Positions 1 through 9,730 of a stretch of 64,000 bases of DNA are shown piece after piece. Origin of the DNA: an uncultured Gammaproteobacteria bacterium. GTDB taxonomy: Bacteria; Patescibacteriota; Patescibacteriia; CAZSQN01. Below the pieces are notes generated by a model, which made no database searches, was not told the origin of the DNA, and was given only the letters and a program-made list of their open reading frames with translations. Position numbers and translations under genes: made by a program. The stretch covers positions 11,901 through 75,900 of the forward strand of contig CAZSQN010000001.1 of assembly GCA_964609095.1 (NCBI GenBank). Reading direction: 5' to 3'. How positions within the stretch are numbered: position 1 is the first letter of the stretch; every line of letters begins with the position of its first letter.

Positions 1-60
1 TCTTTCGCGGGAGGATGAAAAATCCTACAAAGATTTAACGGAAAAATTAAAATTAAAATA

Positions 61-654
61 ATGAAAAACAGGAGGAGGCCCCAAAAAGGAAATATGATTA
101 AACACAAAGATCAGCGCGTCGGTGTTTTTATTGACGTGCAAAATATGTACTATTCGGCGCGCAACCTGCATGACGCTAAAGTCAACTTCAGCGCCGTGGT
201 GGAAGCGGCTGTTTCCGGAAGGAATCTTATCCGCGCCATTGCCTATGTGGTCAAAACGAAAACCGGAGAAGAAAAGCCCTTTTTTGAGGCGCTGATGAGC
301 TCCGGCATAGAAACAAAAGAAAAGGTATTAATGGAATACTTCGGCGGAGCAAAAAAAGCCGACTGGGATGTGGGCATCGCGGTGGACGCTATCCGTATCG
401 GCACGCTTCTTGATGTTGTTGTTCTGGTCTCCGGCGACGGCGACTTTCACCCTTTGGTGGAATATCTGAAAAACCAGGGCCGCCAGGTGGAAGTAATTGC
501 TTTTCGCGAAACCGCCTCAACCAAACTGGTGGAAATAGCCGATAATTTCACGGATATTTCGCAGAATCAGGATAAATTTCTGATAAAAAGCCGCGAACGT
601 TCCCGGCCAAAAGCCGCGATTATAAGAGGAGGAAGAAGGTTGCCGGTGGAATAA
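61..654 (+). CDS. NYN/LabA-like domain protein (PIN-like fold)
   Basis: 197-aa ORF; motifs VGVFIDVQNMYYSARN and VVLVSGDGDF typical of LabA/NYN (DUF88) proteins; alternative start at 94. Confidence 0.7.
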   Translation: MKNRRRPQKGNMIKHKDQRVGVFIDVQNMYYSARNLHDAKVNFSAVVEAAVSGRNLIRAIAYVVKTKTGEEKPFFEALMSSGIETKEKVLMEYFGGAKKADWDVGIAVDAIRIGTLLDVVVLVSGDGDFHPLVEYLKNQGRQVEVIAFRETASTKLVEIADNFTDISQNQDKFLIKSRERSRPKAAIIRGGRRLPVE

Positions 655-660
655 AAACAT

Positions 661-719
661 TTAGCGTATAGCGTATAGCGTTTAGAATTATCCTAAACCC
701 TAAACGCTAAACCCTAAAT
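661..719. repeat. heptamer-repeat hairpin (TAGCGTTTAG ... CTAAACGCTAAACCCTAAA), family copy 1, immediately upstream of pnp
   Basis: seen directly: ttagcgtatagcgtatagcgtttag and inverted partner ctaaaccctaaacgctaaaccctaaa; related copies at 13565-13645, 38442-38512 and partial at 28479-28505. Confidence 0.6.
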
Positions 720-841
720 AAATGTTCTGGTCTCGAGACACACAGATGTCGCAGACATCTCCAGTCTCGCGATCAGGCTCAAATCTTTCGACTTCGCTCA
801 AGCTTATCCTGGGCAGGCGTCGAAGGATAACAACTGATCGT

Positions 842-3070
842 ATGCAAACACAAAAATTTTCCCTTGAATGGGCAGGAAGGAATCTTGAAATTGAAGTCGG
901 CAAATTTGCCGGCCAGGCCAACGGCGCCTGCACCGTCCGCTACGGCGACACCGTGGTTCTGGCCACCGCCACCATGTCCGATAATATCCGCGAAGGCATT
1001 GGATTTTTTCCTTTAATGGTGGATTATGAGGAACGGCTTTACGCCGCCGGCAAAATAAAGAGCTCCCGGTTTATGAAGCGCGAAGGCCGGCCGACGGACG
1101 AAGCCATTCTTACCGGACGCCTGGTAGACCGCTCCATCCGCCCGCTTTTTGACGACCGGATGCGCAACGATATTCAGGTCGTGCTTACCGTTTTCTCCGT
1201 TGACGGAGAAAATGATTCCGATATTCCGGCCTTGGTTGCCGCTTCCGCCGCTCTCATGATTTCCGATATTCCCTGGGATGGGCCGATCGCCGGAATCAGA
1301 ATAGGAAAAGTCGGCGATGAATTGGTTCTTAACCCGACCTTTGCCGCCCGCGAAAAGAGCGAACTTGATTTGGTTGTGGCCGGAACAAAAGAAAAAGTAA
1401 TCATGCTTGAGGCCGGCGCCAAAGAGCTTCCGGAAGAAACGGTCAGAGAAGCCGTCGCTCTGGCCCAAAAGCATTTGCACGCGGTAAGCGAATTCATCAA
1501 AGAAATAAAAAACAAGGTGGGTAAAGAAAAAAGAATCGTAGACGCCCCTCCGGCAACGGAAGAAGAAGCTGCCGCCCGCGAGGAAGAAAAAGTTATTGTC
1601 CAAAAAACCGAGGAATTCCTTGTTTCCCGCTACGAGAACGCTCTTTTCGGCAACCCGCAAGCGTCTAAAAAAGAAAAGCGCACGGCCCGCGAAGAGCTTG
1701 AAGAAAAAGTTGACGAGCACTTAAAAGAATCGGGCTACGGAAAAGAAAAAAGAAAAATCGGCGTTGAGCATGCCGGCCTTTATATGGAACAAGCGGTGAG
1801 CAAGGCGATTCTGGATAAGAACCTCCGGGTTGACGGACGCTCTCTTACCGACATCAGGCCGCTTTCCGTTGAAATATCCGCCATACCGCGCACGCACGGC
1901 TCGGCCGTTTTCTCCCGCGGAGAAACGCAGGTCTTAAACGCGGTCACGCTCGGCGCTCCGGGCGACGAGCAGACGCTTGAAGGCATGGAGCTTTCCGGAA
2001 AAAAGCGCTATTTCCACCACTATAATTTTCCTTCCTACTCCGTCGGCGAAACCGGACCGAACCGCGGTCCGGGCAGGCGCGAGATAGGACACGGCGCTTT
2101 AGCCGAACGCGCCGTTGAGCCGCTGCTTCCTCCGCGCGAAGAATTCCCGTATACCATCAGGTCGGTTTCCGAAGTCCTGTCTTCAAACGGCTCGTCTTCT
2201 ATGGCCTCAACCTGCTCCTCGTCTTTGGCTCTGATGGACGCCGGAGTTCCGTTAAAGTCGCACTGCGCCGGCATTGCCATGGGCTTGGCTTCCGATGACT
2301 CCGGCCGCTGGAAGGTCCTGACCGACCTCCAGGATTTGGAAGACGGCGACGGCGGCATGGACTTTAAAATAGCCGGAACGAGAATTGGAATCACCGCCAT
2401 CCAAATGGATACAAAAACCAGCGGCTTAACGCCGGAAATAGTTGAAATTACGCTAAAGCAGGCGCACGAAGCCAGAATGAAGATACTTGATGCCATGGAA
2501 GCCGTGATTCCGGCTCCGCGCCCGGAACTTTCTCCTTATGCCCCGCGCATAATTTCCTTCCACATCAATCCCGACTCCATCCGCACCGTTATCGGCCCCG
2601 GCGGAAAAATGATCAACGAAATCATAGACAAAACCGGCGTGACTATTGACATAGAAAACGACGGCTTGGTTTTGATAACTTCAACCAATGCCGAGGCGGC
2701 GCAAAAAGCCAGCGAGTGGATTAAAAATCTGACGCGGGAAGTAAAAGTTGGAGAGATATTTGAAGGCAAGGTCACCCGCCTTATGGAATTCGGGGCTTTT
2801 GTGGAAATTCTGCCCAAACAAGAAGGGCTGGTGCATATTTCCGAACTATCCGACAAGCGGGTTGATCGCGTTTCCGATGTGGTGAATATCGGCGATACGG
2901 TTTCGGTTAAAGTTATAGAAATTGACTCCATGGGCCGCACCAATCTTTCCATGCGGCAAGCGAAAAATCCCGACGCGCCGGTTGAAGTGCGCAAAAGAGA
3001 CGAGGGCGACCGCCGCGGCCGCGAACCAAGAAGAGAGCGGAGAGGCCCGCCGCGCGGACACGGCCGCTAA
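842..3070 (+). CDS. pnp: polynucleotide phosphorylase (PNPase)
   Basis: long ORF with N-terminal RNase PH repeats (GKFAGQANGACTVRYGDTVVLATA), KH and S1 domains at C-terminus (EGKVTRLMEFGAFVEILP); start chosen at internal MQTQKF (842) rather than ORF-track start 722. Confidence 0.93.
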   Translation: MQTQKFSLEWAGRNLEIEVGKFAGQANGACTVRYGDTVVLATATMSDNIREGIGFFPLMVDYEERLYAAGKIKSSRFMKREGRPTDEAILTGRLVDRSIRPLFDDRMRNDIQVVLTVFSVDGENDSDIPALVAASAALMISDIPWDGPIAGIRIGKVGDELVLNPTFAAREKSELDLVVAGTKEKVIMLEAGAKELPEETVREAVALAQKHLHAVSEFIKEIKNKVGKEKRIVDAPPATEEEAAAREEEKVIVQKTEEFLVSRYENALFGNPQASKKEKRTAREELEEKVDEHLKESGYGKEKRKIGVEHAGLYMEQAVSKAILDKNLRVDGRSLTDIRPLSVEISAIPRTHGSAVFSRGETQVLNAVTLGAPGDEQTLEGMELSGKKRYFHHYNFPSYSVGETGPNRGPGRREIGHGALAERAVEPLLPPREEFPYTIRSVSEVLSSNGSSSMASTCSSSLALMDAGVPLKSHCAGIAMGLASDDSGRWKVLTDLQDLEDGDGGMDFKIAGTRIGITAIQMDTKTSGLTPEIVEITLKQAHEARMKILDAMEAVIPAPRPELSPYAPRIISFHINPDSIRTVIGPGGKMINEIIDKTGVTIDIENDGLVLITSTNAEAAQKASEWIKNLTREVKVGEIFEGKVTRLMEFGAFVEILPKQEGLVHISELSDKRVDRVSDVVNIGDTVSVKVIEIDSMGRTNLSMRQAKNPDAPVEVRKRDEGDRRGREPRRERRGPPRGHGR

Positions 3071-3088
3071 ATTTAAACGCAAATCTCC

Positions 3089-4009
3089 ATGAGTCCCGTT
3101 TTTGCTGAAACGGCAGTTTCGCAAATTAATAAAAAATTATCAAAGGCGCCCAAAACGGCGAAAATTCTTATCATCGGCGTCCTTTTTGCTATTGCCTCAA
3201 ATATGGTCTTTAACTCGGTTCAACGGAAAATTGAGCCGATTGACGCCTGGAGCGAGGAAACCGTTTTGGTCATCCGCCGCCGCGCCAAGACGGATGAATT
3301 CTGGATTAGCGTAAAAGAAACGTTGATTTCCCTTGACCCGGAGTTCGGCGAGGCGTTAAAAAAAGTGGAGCAGAAAACAACCGTATCCCCTTTTGATTTG
3401 GCCCGGAAGATGCTTCCGGAACCGACAGAGCTTTTGATTATTAAAAAAGCCAACGCGGAAAACAGCGGCCTTCAATACGACTTTGCGCTGGTCACAAAAG
3501 CGGTCGGTCCGGGTATTGAAAATCTTCCGGCGGTTTTGGCGGCGGCGCGCGATTTCGCTTCCTGGTATCTGCCAAAGAAGCGGCTGGCAAAACTGCAAGA
3601 CGGCGCGACAATAACCGCGAATTTCGCGGACCCGTCAGATATACAAATAAAAAACGGCTCTTACAGGGGTTATGAGATAAAGTTTATACGCGAACCTGGT
3701 CTGCCTTTTGAATTTGCTTATGCCCAAAACAGCGGCTGGCTGTTATTTGCCACCTCCAAACTGGCTTTGGAGCAGCTTCTGGGCAGAGACGAACAAAAAA
3801 TTGATTTTAACTCCTTTAAGAGAAATTGCGCTTCGCCGAATAAGGAGATAGAAGTGTTTTTTAACCCCAAGCTGTTTAAAGTGGAGCAGACCCTGAATCC
3901 TATGGCTTTGGGCGGCCCGGTGCGGGCTCTTGTTCCCCTGTTTGATTCCAAGACAACAAAAGTAGTGGCCGATGGCGTGGTCTTAAGCTGGAAGAGGTGC
4001 GGCTTCTGA
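3089..4009 (+). CDS. hypothetical protein with one N-terminal TM helix
   Basis: 306-aa ORF, hydrophobic stretch AKILIIGVLFAIASNMVF; no recognisable catalytic motif. Confidence 0.45.
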   Translation: MSPVFAETAVSQINKKLSKAPKTAKILIIGVLFAIASNMVFNSVQRKIEPIDAWSEETVLVIRRRAKTDEFWISVKETLISLDPEFGEALKKVEQKTTVSPFDLARKMLPEPTELLIIKKANAENSGLQYDFALVTKAVGPGIENLPAVLAAARDFASWYLPKKRLAKLQDGATITANFADPSDIQIKNGSYRGYEIKFIREPGLPFEFAYAQNSGWLLFATSKLALEQLLGRDEQKIDFNSFKRNCASPNKEIEVFFNPKLFKVEQTLNPMALGGPVRALVPLFDSKTTKVVADGVVLSWKRCGF

Positions 4010-4164
4010 ATAAAAGCTGTGCATAACCCTGTGGAAAAGACCGTCCATATGTGGATAATCAAACAGCTTTTAAGCAATGAGATCGTTGATATCTCTGTGC
4101 ACAAATATATTAGACGCTAGGATATCCGCCATTTTGAGCCGTTTCCCCTTCATGGCCGACCGGG

Positions 4165-4193
4165 TTGACATTGAGTTTATTTCCTGATATAAT
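4165..4193 (+). promoter_or_regulatory. consensus sigma70-type promoter (TTGACA-17 nt-TATAAT)
   Basis: ttgaca at 4165-4170, 17-nt spacer, tataat at 4188-4193; no plus-strand ORF for about 590 nt downstream. Confidence 0.55.
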
Positions 4194-4199
4194 AGAAGC

Positions 4200-4560
4200 G
4201 TACAATTGTTCATTCCCAAATAAGAGAACTGCGCCGTAAAGAGTTAAGACGCAATTCCCTCTTCTCTACTAACCTAACATTTTAGGGGTTTCGGCCCCTC
4301 AAAAACAAAAAGAAAAGAAAAACCATTTTCTTCGGGCAAACCTGCATAAATTCCGCATTTTATGCGGAAATTGGTCCCTACCCAAGGATGGTAGAGAAGA
4401 TAAGTTCCTTTGTGGATTTTCATAGGTCTGCGCATGATTGCCGCATACTGGCGTCCCTCGCGGAGAGACACCGGTACGCGGCGGTCACGCAGCGATTGAA
4501 AATCCGAGGCGCGAGATGCCTCTAAGCAACTTTGTTTTTTGAGGCGACAACTCGCGCCTT
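4200..4560 (+). ncRNA. candidate non-coding RNA of about 360 nt, unclassified, in a 620-bp ORF-free region
   Basis: begins just downstream of the consensus promoter; several hairpins (aggggtttcggcccct, ccgcattttatgcgg, ctacccaaggatggtag); ends with stem aggcgcgag...ctcgcgcct followed by tttgtattt; I could not find RNase P, tmRNA or SRP signatures. Confidence 0.3.
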
Positions 4561-4633
4561 TTGTATTTGCGCAATCTTTGCAAAATTGCCATTATTTTTA
4601 TCTTTGTGTAAGGTATAAATATCCCAATAACCA

Positions 4634-4790
4634 CCCCGCACACAACTTGATTTAGGGGCGCTTTATATACACAACAATAGAACAGAAGAGTGTTTTAAAC
4701 TAAAAATAAATATTATTAAAAAACAAACACATCTTGATAATTGAAGCGGCATATTTATATATGCTTCAATAAAACAAGTTGTGTGCGGGG
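4634..4790. mobile_element. MITE/REP-like palindromic element (termini CCCCGCACACAACTTG / CAAGTTGTGTGCGGGG), copy H, 157 bp
   Basis: perfect 16-nt terminal inverted repeat; the element ends 1 nt before the ATG of the downstream DksA-like gene. Confidence 0.6.
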
Positions 4791-4791
4791 T

Positions 4792-5172
4792 ATGGATGAA
4801 AAAACTCTTAAAGAAATAGAACAGCGCCTGCTTGAAGAAAAAGACCGGCTTCTGAGAGAACTTAATCAGTTTACTCGCAAGAATCCTCATAACCCTGATG
4901 ATTATGACGCCAAATTTACGGAATTGCCCGAAGGCGCCGGCGCCGCTTCAGAAGAAGAAAACGCTTATCAGGTGACAACCTATAGCGACAACCTGTCAAT
5001 GGAGCGCACGCTTGAATCGTTGTTAAAAGACGTAAATAAAGCTCTCGCGCGCCTCGCCAAAGGCGAGTATGGCACTTGCCGCCATTGCGGCAAGCCAATA
5101 GACCCGAAACGGCTTTTGGCCAGGCCAACTTCTTCTTCGTGCATAGAATGCAAAAAACGGCTCACGGAATAA
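4792..5172 (+). CDS. DksA/TraR-family C4 zinc-finger protein
   Basis: coiled-coil N-terminus then C-x2-C-x17-C-x2-C (CRHCGKPIDPKRLLARPTSSSCIECK); start at MDEKTLKEIEQ. Confidence 0.7.
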   Translation: MDEKTLKEIEQRLLEEKDRLLRELNQFTRKNPHNPDDYDAKFTELPEGAGAASEEENAYQVTTYSDNLSMERTLESLLKDVNKALARLAKGEYGTCRHCGKPIDPKRLLARPTSSSCIECKKRLTE

Positions 5173-5618
5173 AAACGCGCGTATCCAGCATTTTCATAGC
5201 TTGTTTTGTTTTTGGCGCGTTATTTATTTTTGAACGTTTATTAAAATTGCTTGCCGCAGCTCGGCTCTCCGAAAACCAGACGGAGGGTTTTTTTATTATT
5301 TCCTCGCTTGGCTTGCGCCTGTTTAAAAATAAAAACTTTTTTGGAATTGTCGCGCTCCCTTCTTTCTTTGGAATAGCTCTAATGATTATCTTTTTAATAT
5401 TTATTTTCACCCTCTTGCGCAAAGAACTGGCCGGGGGTAAAAAAGTAGCGGCTCTGTGGCTTTCTTTGGCGCTTATCGGGGCGCTGTCTAATACCATTGA
5501 CCGCGTCTTTTTGGGCCAGGTGATTGATTATCTGGTTATCGGTCCGTGGGCCATCAATCTGGCCGATATGTTGATTGTGTCTGGACTAATAATGTATTTA
5601 AAAGATTCCAAATTCTAA
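5148..5618 (+). CDS. lspA: lipoprotein signal peptidase II
   Basis: four TM helices and LspA motifs GALSNTIDRVFLGQVIDYL and NLADMLIVSG; overlaps dksA-like stop by 25 nt. Confidence 0.75.
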   Translation: MQKTAHGIKTRVSSIFIACFVFGALFIFERLLKLLAAARLSENQTEGFFIISSLGLRLFKNKNFFGIVALPSFFGIALMIIFLIFIFTLLRKELAGGKKVAALWLSLALIGALSNTIDRVFLGQVIDYLVIGPWAINLADMLIVSGLIMYLKDSKF

Positions 5619-5620
5619 AC

Positions 5621-5735
5621 AAATCACAAAATTTTCAATTTCTAATTTCTAATTTTCAATAAATTTTCATTGAAACAATGAAGCATTGGAAATTGACTGT
5701 AAATTGAGAATTGAAAATTGATAATTATAAATTCT
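5621..5735. repeat. AT-rich palindromic intergenic element (aattttcaatttctaat ... attgagaattgaaaattgataatt)
   Basis: inverted arms seen directly; related copy at 60018-60100 (tcaataaatttttattga core). Confidence 0.4.
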
Positions 5736-5740
5736 AACTT

Positions 5741-7261
5741 ATGCCTTCAAAAATTCTGTCGGCCGCGATTATCGGACTTGACTGCGAAAAAATTGAGGTG
5801 GAGGCGGATGTGGCCAGCGGATTGACCAATTTTGTGGTTGTCGGATTGCCCGACGCGTCTGTTCAGGAATCGCGCGAAAGAATCCGCGCCGCCATGAGAA
5901 ACTCGGGACTGCCGTTTCCGCGCACGCGGATTACCGTCAACTTGGCGCCGGCTGACTTAAAAAAAGAGGGTCCGGCTTATGACCTGCCCATTGCCATCTC
6001 CATTCTTGCCGCCGACGGACAGCTTCAGCCGACTAAAGATTTGGAAAATTCATTTTTTGTCGGGGAGCTTGCTCTTGACGGAACATTGCGTCCCGTCTCC
6101 GGCGCGCTCTCTGTCGCGCTTTTCGCCAAGGCGAGAGGAGGGAGCGCTATTTACGCACCGGAAGAAAACGCGCCTGAAGCCGCGCTTGTGGGAGGAATAA
6201 AAGTTTATCCCGTTAAATCTCTTACCGCCCTTCTAAAACATTTTTCAGGCGAAGAAAAAATATCTCCTAAACGACAAACCAAGCCGAAAATTTCTTCCAG
6301 AGGCGAGAGCGCCTATGATTTTGCTTTTATCCGCGGCCAGGAGCATGTCAAAAGGGCTATGGAGATTGCCGCGGCCGGAGCGCACAACATTTTAATGAGC
6401 GGCCCGCCCGGAGCAGGCAAAACACTTTTAGCCAGAACCATTCCCACCATTCTTCCTTCGCTTGCTTTTCCGGAACAGCTTGAGGTGACTAAAATTATGA
6501 GCGTGGCCGGAGCGCTTCCGGCCGGACTGACGCTCTTAGACGAACGGCCGTTTCGCTCTCCGCATCACACCGCGTCCGCCGTATCTCTTGTGGGCGGAGG
6601 AACTTGGCCAAAACCGGGGGAAATCAGTTTAGCGCACCGGGGAGTGCTATTCCTAGACGAATTTCCCGAATTCAGCCGTTCGGTTCTTGAAGGCCTGCGC
6701 CAGCCGCTGGAAGACGGCTTTGTCACCGTATCGCGCGCCGCCGGCACGCTCAAATTCCCGGCAAAATTTATGCTGATAGCGGCCAAAAATCCCTGTCCTT
6801 GCGGTTATAATGAAGACCCGCAGGGGAAATGCGTCTGCTCGCCGCTCCAGATTATTAAATACCAAAGAAAAATCTCCGGACCTCTTTTAGACAGAATTGA
6901 CATTCACATTGACGTGCCGCGGGTGGAGTTTGAAAAACTGACTTCGGATGAACGCGCCGAGGATTCCGCTTCGGTGCGCGAACGCGTCAGCCGCGCGAGA
7001 GATTTGCAGGCCAAACGGTTTGCCAAAAGCAGGACGCTGACCAATTCCGAAATGACAAGCCAGCAAATACGCGAATTTTGCGCCCTTGACGCAAACTCGC
7101 TCGGCCTCCTAAAGGCGGCGATTAACCAGTACCGCCTTTCCGCCCGCGCTTACAGCCGCGTTTTAAAAATCGCCCGCACTGTTGCCGATCTGGCCGGCTC
7201 GGAAAATATACTCCAAACCCATGTTGCCGAAGCGTTAAATTACCGCCCAAAGACGGATTAA
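5741..7261 (+). CDS. YifB/ComM-family Mg-chelatase-like AAA+ ATPase
   Basis: N-terminal Lon-like domain (MPSKILSAAIIGLDCEKIEVEADV), Walker A GPPGAGKT, C-terminal ComM domain. Confidence 0.9.
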   Translation: MPSKILSAAIIGLDCEKIEVEADVASGLTNFVVVGLPDASVQESRERIRAAMRNSGLPFPRTRITVNLAPADLKKEGPAYDLPIAISILAADGQLQPTKDLENSFFVGELALDGTLRPVSGALSVALFAKARGGSAIYAPEENAPEAALVGGIKVYPVKSLTALLKHFSGEEKISPKRQTKPKISSRGESAYDFAFIRGQEHVKRAMEIAAAGAHNILMSGPPGAGKTLLARTIPTILPSLAFPEQLEVTKIMSVAGALPAGLTLLDERPFRSPHHTASAVSLVGGGTWPKPGEISLAHRGVLFLDEFPEFSRSVLEGLRQPLEDGFVTVSRAAGTLKFPAKFMLIAAKNPCPCGYNEDPQGKCVCSPLQIIKYQRKISGPLLDRIDIHIDVPRVEFEKLTSDERAEDSASVRERVSRARDLQAKRFAKSRTLTNSEMTSQQIREFCALDANSLGLLKAAINQYRLSARAYSRVLKIARTVADLAGSENILQTHVAEALNYRPKTD

Positions 7262-7336
7262 GCCGGCCGATTGACTTTAAATCCAAAAAGATTTAACCTG
7301 TTGCTTACACGCAGTTCCCTCACAAGGAGGTAGTAA

Positions 7337-8002
7337 ATGGCCTGGCCAAGATGTCTGGTTTTGGTTCGCCATGCGGAATCCGAAGGAAATGTGCTTTCGG
7401 TAGATGAGCGCGCTCGATTTGATAAAGCCACGCACGCTTACCCGCTGACGGCAAGGGGGCGGGAACAAGCCAGAGTAACCGGCGAATATCTTCAAAAGAA
7501 GTATGACCGTTTTGATATTCGCTATGTTTCCTACTACCAGCGTTCGCGGGAAACAATGGAGATAATGTGCCCGGGAGAAAAGGTTTACGAGGACCCGCGA
7601 TTGGCAGAAGCCCAGCGCGGCATCTATCACGCCATGACGCGCGATCAGATTAGAGCGCAGTTTCCCAGTGAACTTGAGCGCAAAAAGCGCGAAGGATTGT
7701 ACCATTACCGCCCGCTTGGCGGTGAAAACTGGCCTGATGTGGAATTGCGCATTCACAGTTTTCTCTCCACTCTCTCGCGCGATTATGTTGGAAAAAATGT
7801 GCTGATGGTAGTGCACGGACATTGGCTTTTGCTCTTCCAGCGGCTTATCCATCATTTCTCCATAGATGAAGCCGTGCGGCGCTACAAGGCCGGCGTGTTT
7901 GAAAACGCCTCGGTCACGCGCTATTGCGGAAGGCCCGCCGACAACAAATCCCATCTGGCGCTAGTGGAAGAAAATTCTGTTCCTTGGGCTGGAAAAATTT
8001 AA
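7337..8002 (+). CDS. histidine phosphatase (phosphoglycerate mutase-like) family protein
   Basis: RHG motif LVRHAESEGN near N-terminus and catalytic H further downstream (VVHGHWL). Confidence 0.8.
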   Translation: MAWPRCLVLVRHAESEGNVLSVDERARFDKATHAYPLTARGREQARVTGEYLQKKYDRFDIRYVSYYQRSRETMEIMCPGEKVYEDPRLAEAQRGIYHAMTRDQIRAQFPSELERKKREGLYHYRPLGGENWPDVELRIHSFLSTLSRDYVGKNVLMVVHGHWLLLFQRLIHHFSIDEAVRRYKAGVFENASVTRYCGRPADNKSHLALVEENSVPWAGKI

Positions 8003-8037
8003 TCACCCTAAACGGATAACTGATATTAGGTTTCCAT

Positions 8038-8128
8038 TGTCATTCCCGCCCCCGGTCGCAGCCGAGGGCAAGCTCCAGCGGGAATCCAGAATTTGAACCC
8101 GTAGATTCCCGCTTTCGCGGGAATGACA
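8038..8128. repeat. nested palindromic structure (TGTCATTCCCGC ... GCGGGAATGACA with inner CAGCGGGAATC / GATTCCCGCTT)
   Basis: 12-bp outer and 10-bp inner inverted repeats read directly; intergenic; the motif ctttcgcggga also occurs at window positions 3-13. Confidence 0.4.
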
Positions 8129-8220
8129 GATAACTGGCAAAGTTTAAACCTAAATTTTTGGCTAAATTTATAAACAATTTTTTATAAACCTAATACCAGC
8201 TAGGATAAAGACAAGATGAA

Positions 8221-8248
8221 AAATCCCGCTTAAGCGGGATTTATTTTT
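8221..8248. terminator. bidirectional rho-independent terminator hairpin (aaaaatcccgcttaagcgggatttattttt)
   Basis: perfect 8-bp GC-containing stem with A/T runs on both sides, between convergent genes. Confidence 0.5.
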
Positions 8249-8954
8249 AACTCTTGAGACGCGTTTCAAACGCGTCCAAGACCTTAGAAAGGATATTGCG
8301 CGCCGTTTCGGCTTCTTTTTCTTTTGAAGAGTCGTGCCAGCACATCTTGGGGTTAGAGCCGCAATTAAATCGCTCCCAAACGCGCTCATGGGCTTTGAGC
8401 AAATCCGCGAGCGTCCGCGGATTCATGGTCTTGCCGTGCTTTTTGGTTAAAGCGCGCGCCAGTTCGCGGCGGATAGCCGCTTCGGGATTAGCCACCAAAC
8501 ATACGTGAGCGTCAAAAAGCTCTCTGTTCCATGGCAAGAGAAAATAATTCTGGATTGTCTGCCTCTGCTCAACGGTCAGAATTGCTTTTTCTCCGTAAAA
8601 ATCCATCCTCACCACGCCATCCATAATGGCGCGGTCAAAAATCACCAGATGAAAATTCGGGTCATAAGAACGCTCGCGCGCCATCCCCAACGCGTACTCG
8701 GTTGTCTGGAAGTTGTATTGCGGCTCATCGCGAGGCAATTCCACAATTTCCGCGCCTTCGGTCGGCGTGGAAACACTCCAACCATTCCTGCGGAAAAAGT
8801 GCTTAAGCATTTCCTTCATCGTGCTTTTGCCGGATTTGGGCGTGCCAAAGAGCTCTATCATAAAAGGACGGGGCGAACCAACGGTTCTGCGGCCTTCGGG
8901 GTCAAAACTTTTTAGAATTTCCGCCGCGCGAAATTCCAGTTCTTCCTGCCTCAT
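8247..8954 (-). CDS. P-loop NTPase / putative nucleotide or nucleoside kinase
   Basis: Walker A LFGTPKSGKST; start taken at MRQEELEF (8954); specific substrate unknown. Confidence 0.5.
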   Translation of the reverse strand: MRQEELEFRAAEILKSFDPEGRRTVGSPRPFMIELFGTPKSGKSTMKEMLKHFFRRNGWSVSTPTEGAEIVELPRDEPQYNFQTTEYALGMARERSYDPNFHLVIFDRAIMDGVVRMDFYGEKAILTVEQRQTIQNYFLLPWNRELFDAHVCLVANPEAAIRRELARALTKKHGKTMNPRTLADLLKAHERVWERFNCGSNPKMCWHDSSKEKEAETARNILSKVLDAFETRLKS

Positions 8955-9142
8955 TCTTCTCCTCCGCAATGGACTTACATCAAAGTAAGCTCTTTTTGAA
9001 AAAAAGACAATTGTGCATATCTTGGAGGAGCGCCCGCTGATGATTGACACGCCCCGTCGCAAGAGTAAAATGTACACGAATAAGTCCTTTGACAAACAAA
9101 TCCAAGCAAGCCCGCGGGCAAGCTCAGGGCTGGGAGGTAACC

Positions 9143-9730
9143 ATGATCATCACCTTAACCGGTTCTTCCGGAGCGGGAAAAACCACCTATTGCCGGGAAC
9201 TGCTGGGCCGCAAGCCCAATTGGAAACTTGTGCCCAGCTACACCTCAAGAGCGCCGCGGCAAAAAGACCTGCCGGGTGAATATGTTTACAATGTCGGTCC
9301 CGAAGAGTTCGGCCGAATGGCAACAAACAATGAAACTGTCTGGCAAATAAACGAGCACGGAAATACTTATGCCACTTTGCGGCGAGACGTGGAAGACGCC
9401 GCAAAGAGCCCCGATGTTCGCCTGATGCTCCTTGCGCCGGACGCCGTGGAAATTCTGCGAGAAACCTTTGCCCGCGAAGAGATAATGCATTTTTATCTGC
9501 TTTCTCCGCCGGAAGCGGAGCTGCGCAAGCGGCTGGCGCGCCGAAACCTCCCGGAAGAGGAGATTGAACGCAGAATATCTGATTGTAAGGATTGGGATCA
9601 CGAAATACAGTGGTTTGAGATGACGCGGTACAGATTTATCCCGGGCGACATCAAGATAAATGATGCTGTTGACCTCTTGCTTAGAGATTACGAATTACAT
9701 TGTTATTTTCAAAGAAGGGAGCCAACATGA
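9143..9730 (+). CDS. guanylate kinase-like P-loop kinase
   Basis: Walker A TGSSGAGKTT and GMP-kinase-like motif SYTSRAPRQKDLPGEYVY; start at MIITLTG. Confidence 0.65.
   Translation: MIITLTGSSGAGKTTYCRELLGRKPNWKLVPSYTSRAPRQKDLPGEYVYNVGPEEFGRMATNNETVWQINEHGNTYATLRRDVEDAAKSPDVRLMLLAPDAVEILRETFAREEIMHFYLLSPPEAELRKRLARRNLPEEEIERRISDCKDWDHEIQWFEMTRYRFIPGDIKINDAVDLLLRDYELHCYFQRREPT

Noticed and set aside
1013-3124. Several 60-235-aa ORFs on the minus strand inside pnp (for example 1013-1720, 2035-2496, 2536-2994)
   Set aside because: They are antisense to a well-supported PNPase CDS, low-complexity (F/K/G-rich), and lack RBS. They are typical spurious reverse-frame ORFs.
4200-4560. tmRNA or RNase P RNA identity for the ORF-free transcribed region
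   Set aside because: I could not find the tRNA-like 5-prime/3-prime ends or a tag ORF expected for tmRNA, nor the GGAAAGUCCGG / ACAGAA-CCGGCUUA P4 motifs of RNase P. It is kept only as an unclassified ncRNA candidate.
8254-9404. Plus-strand ORFs 8254-8508, 8505-8915, 8713-8988 and minus-strand 9150-9601 overlapping the kinase genes
   Set aside because: They are antisense to or out of frame with better-supported P-loop kinase CDSs and lack motifs or RBS.
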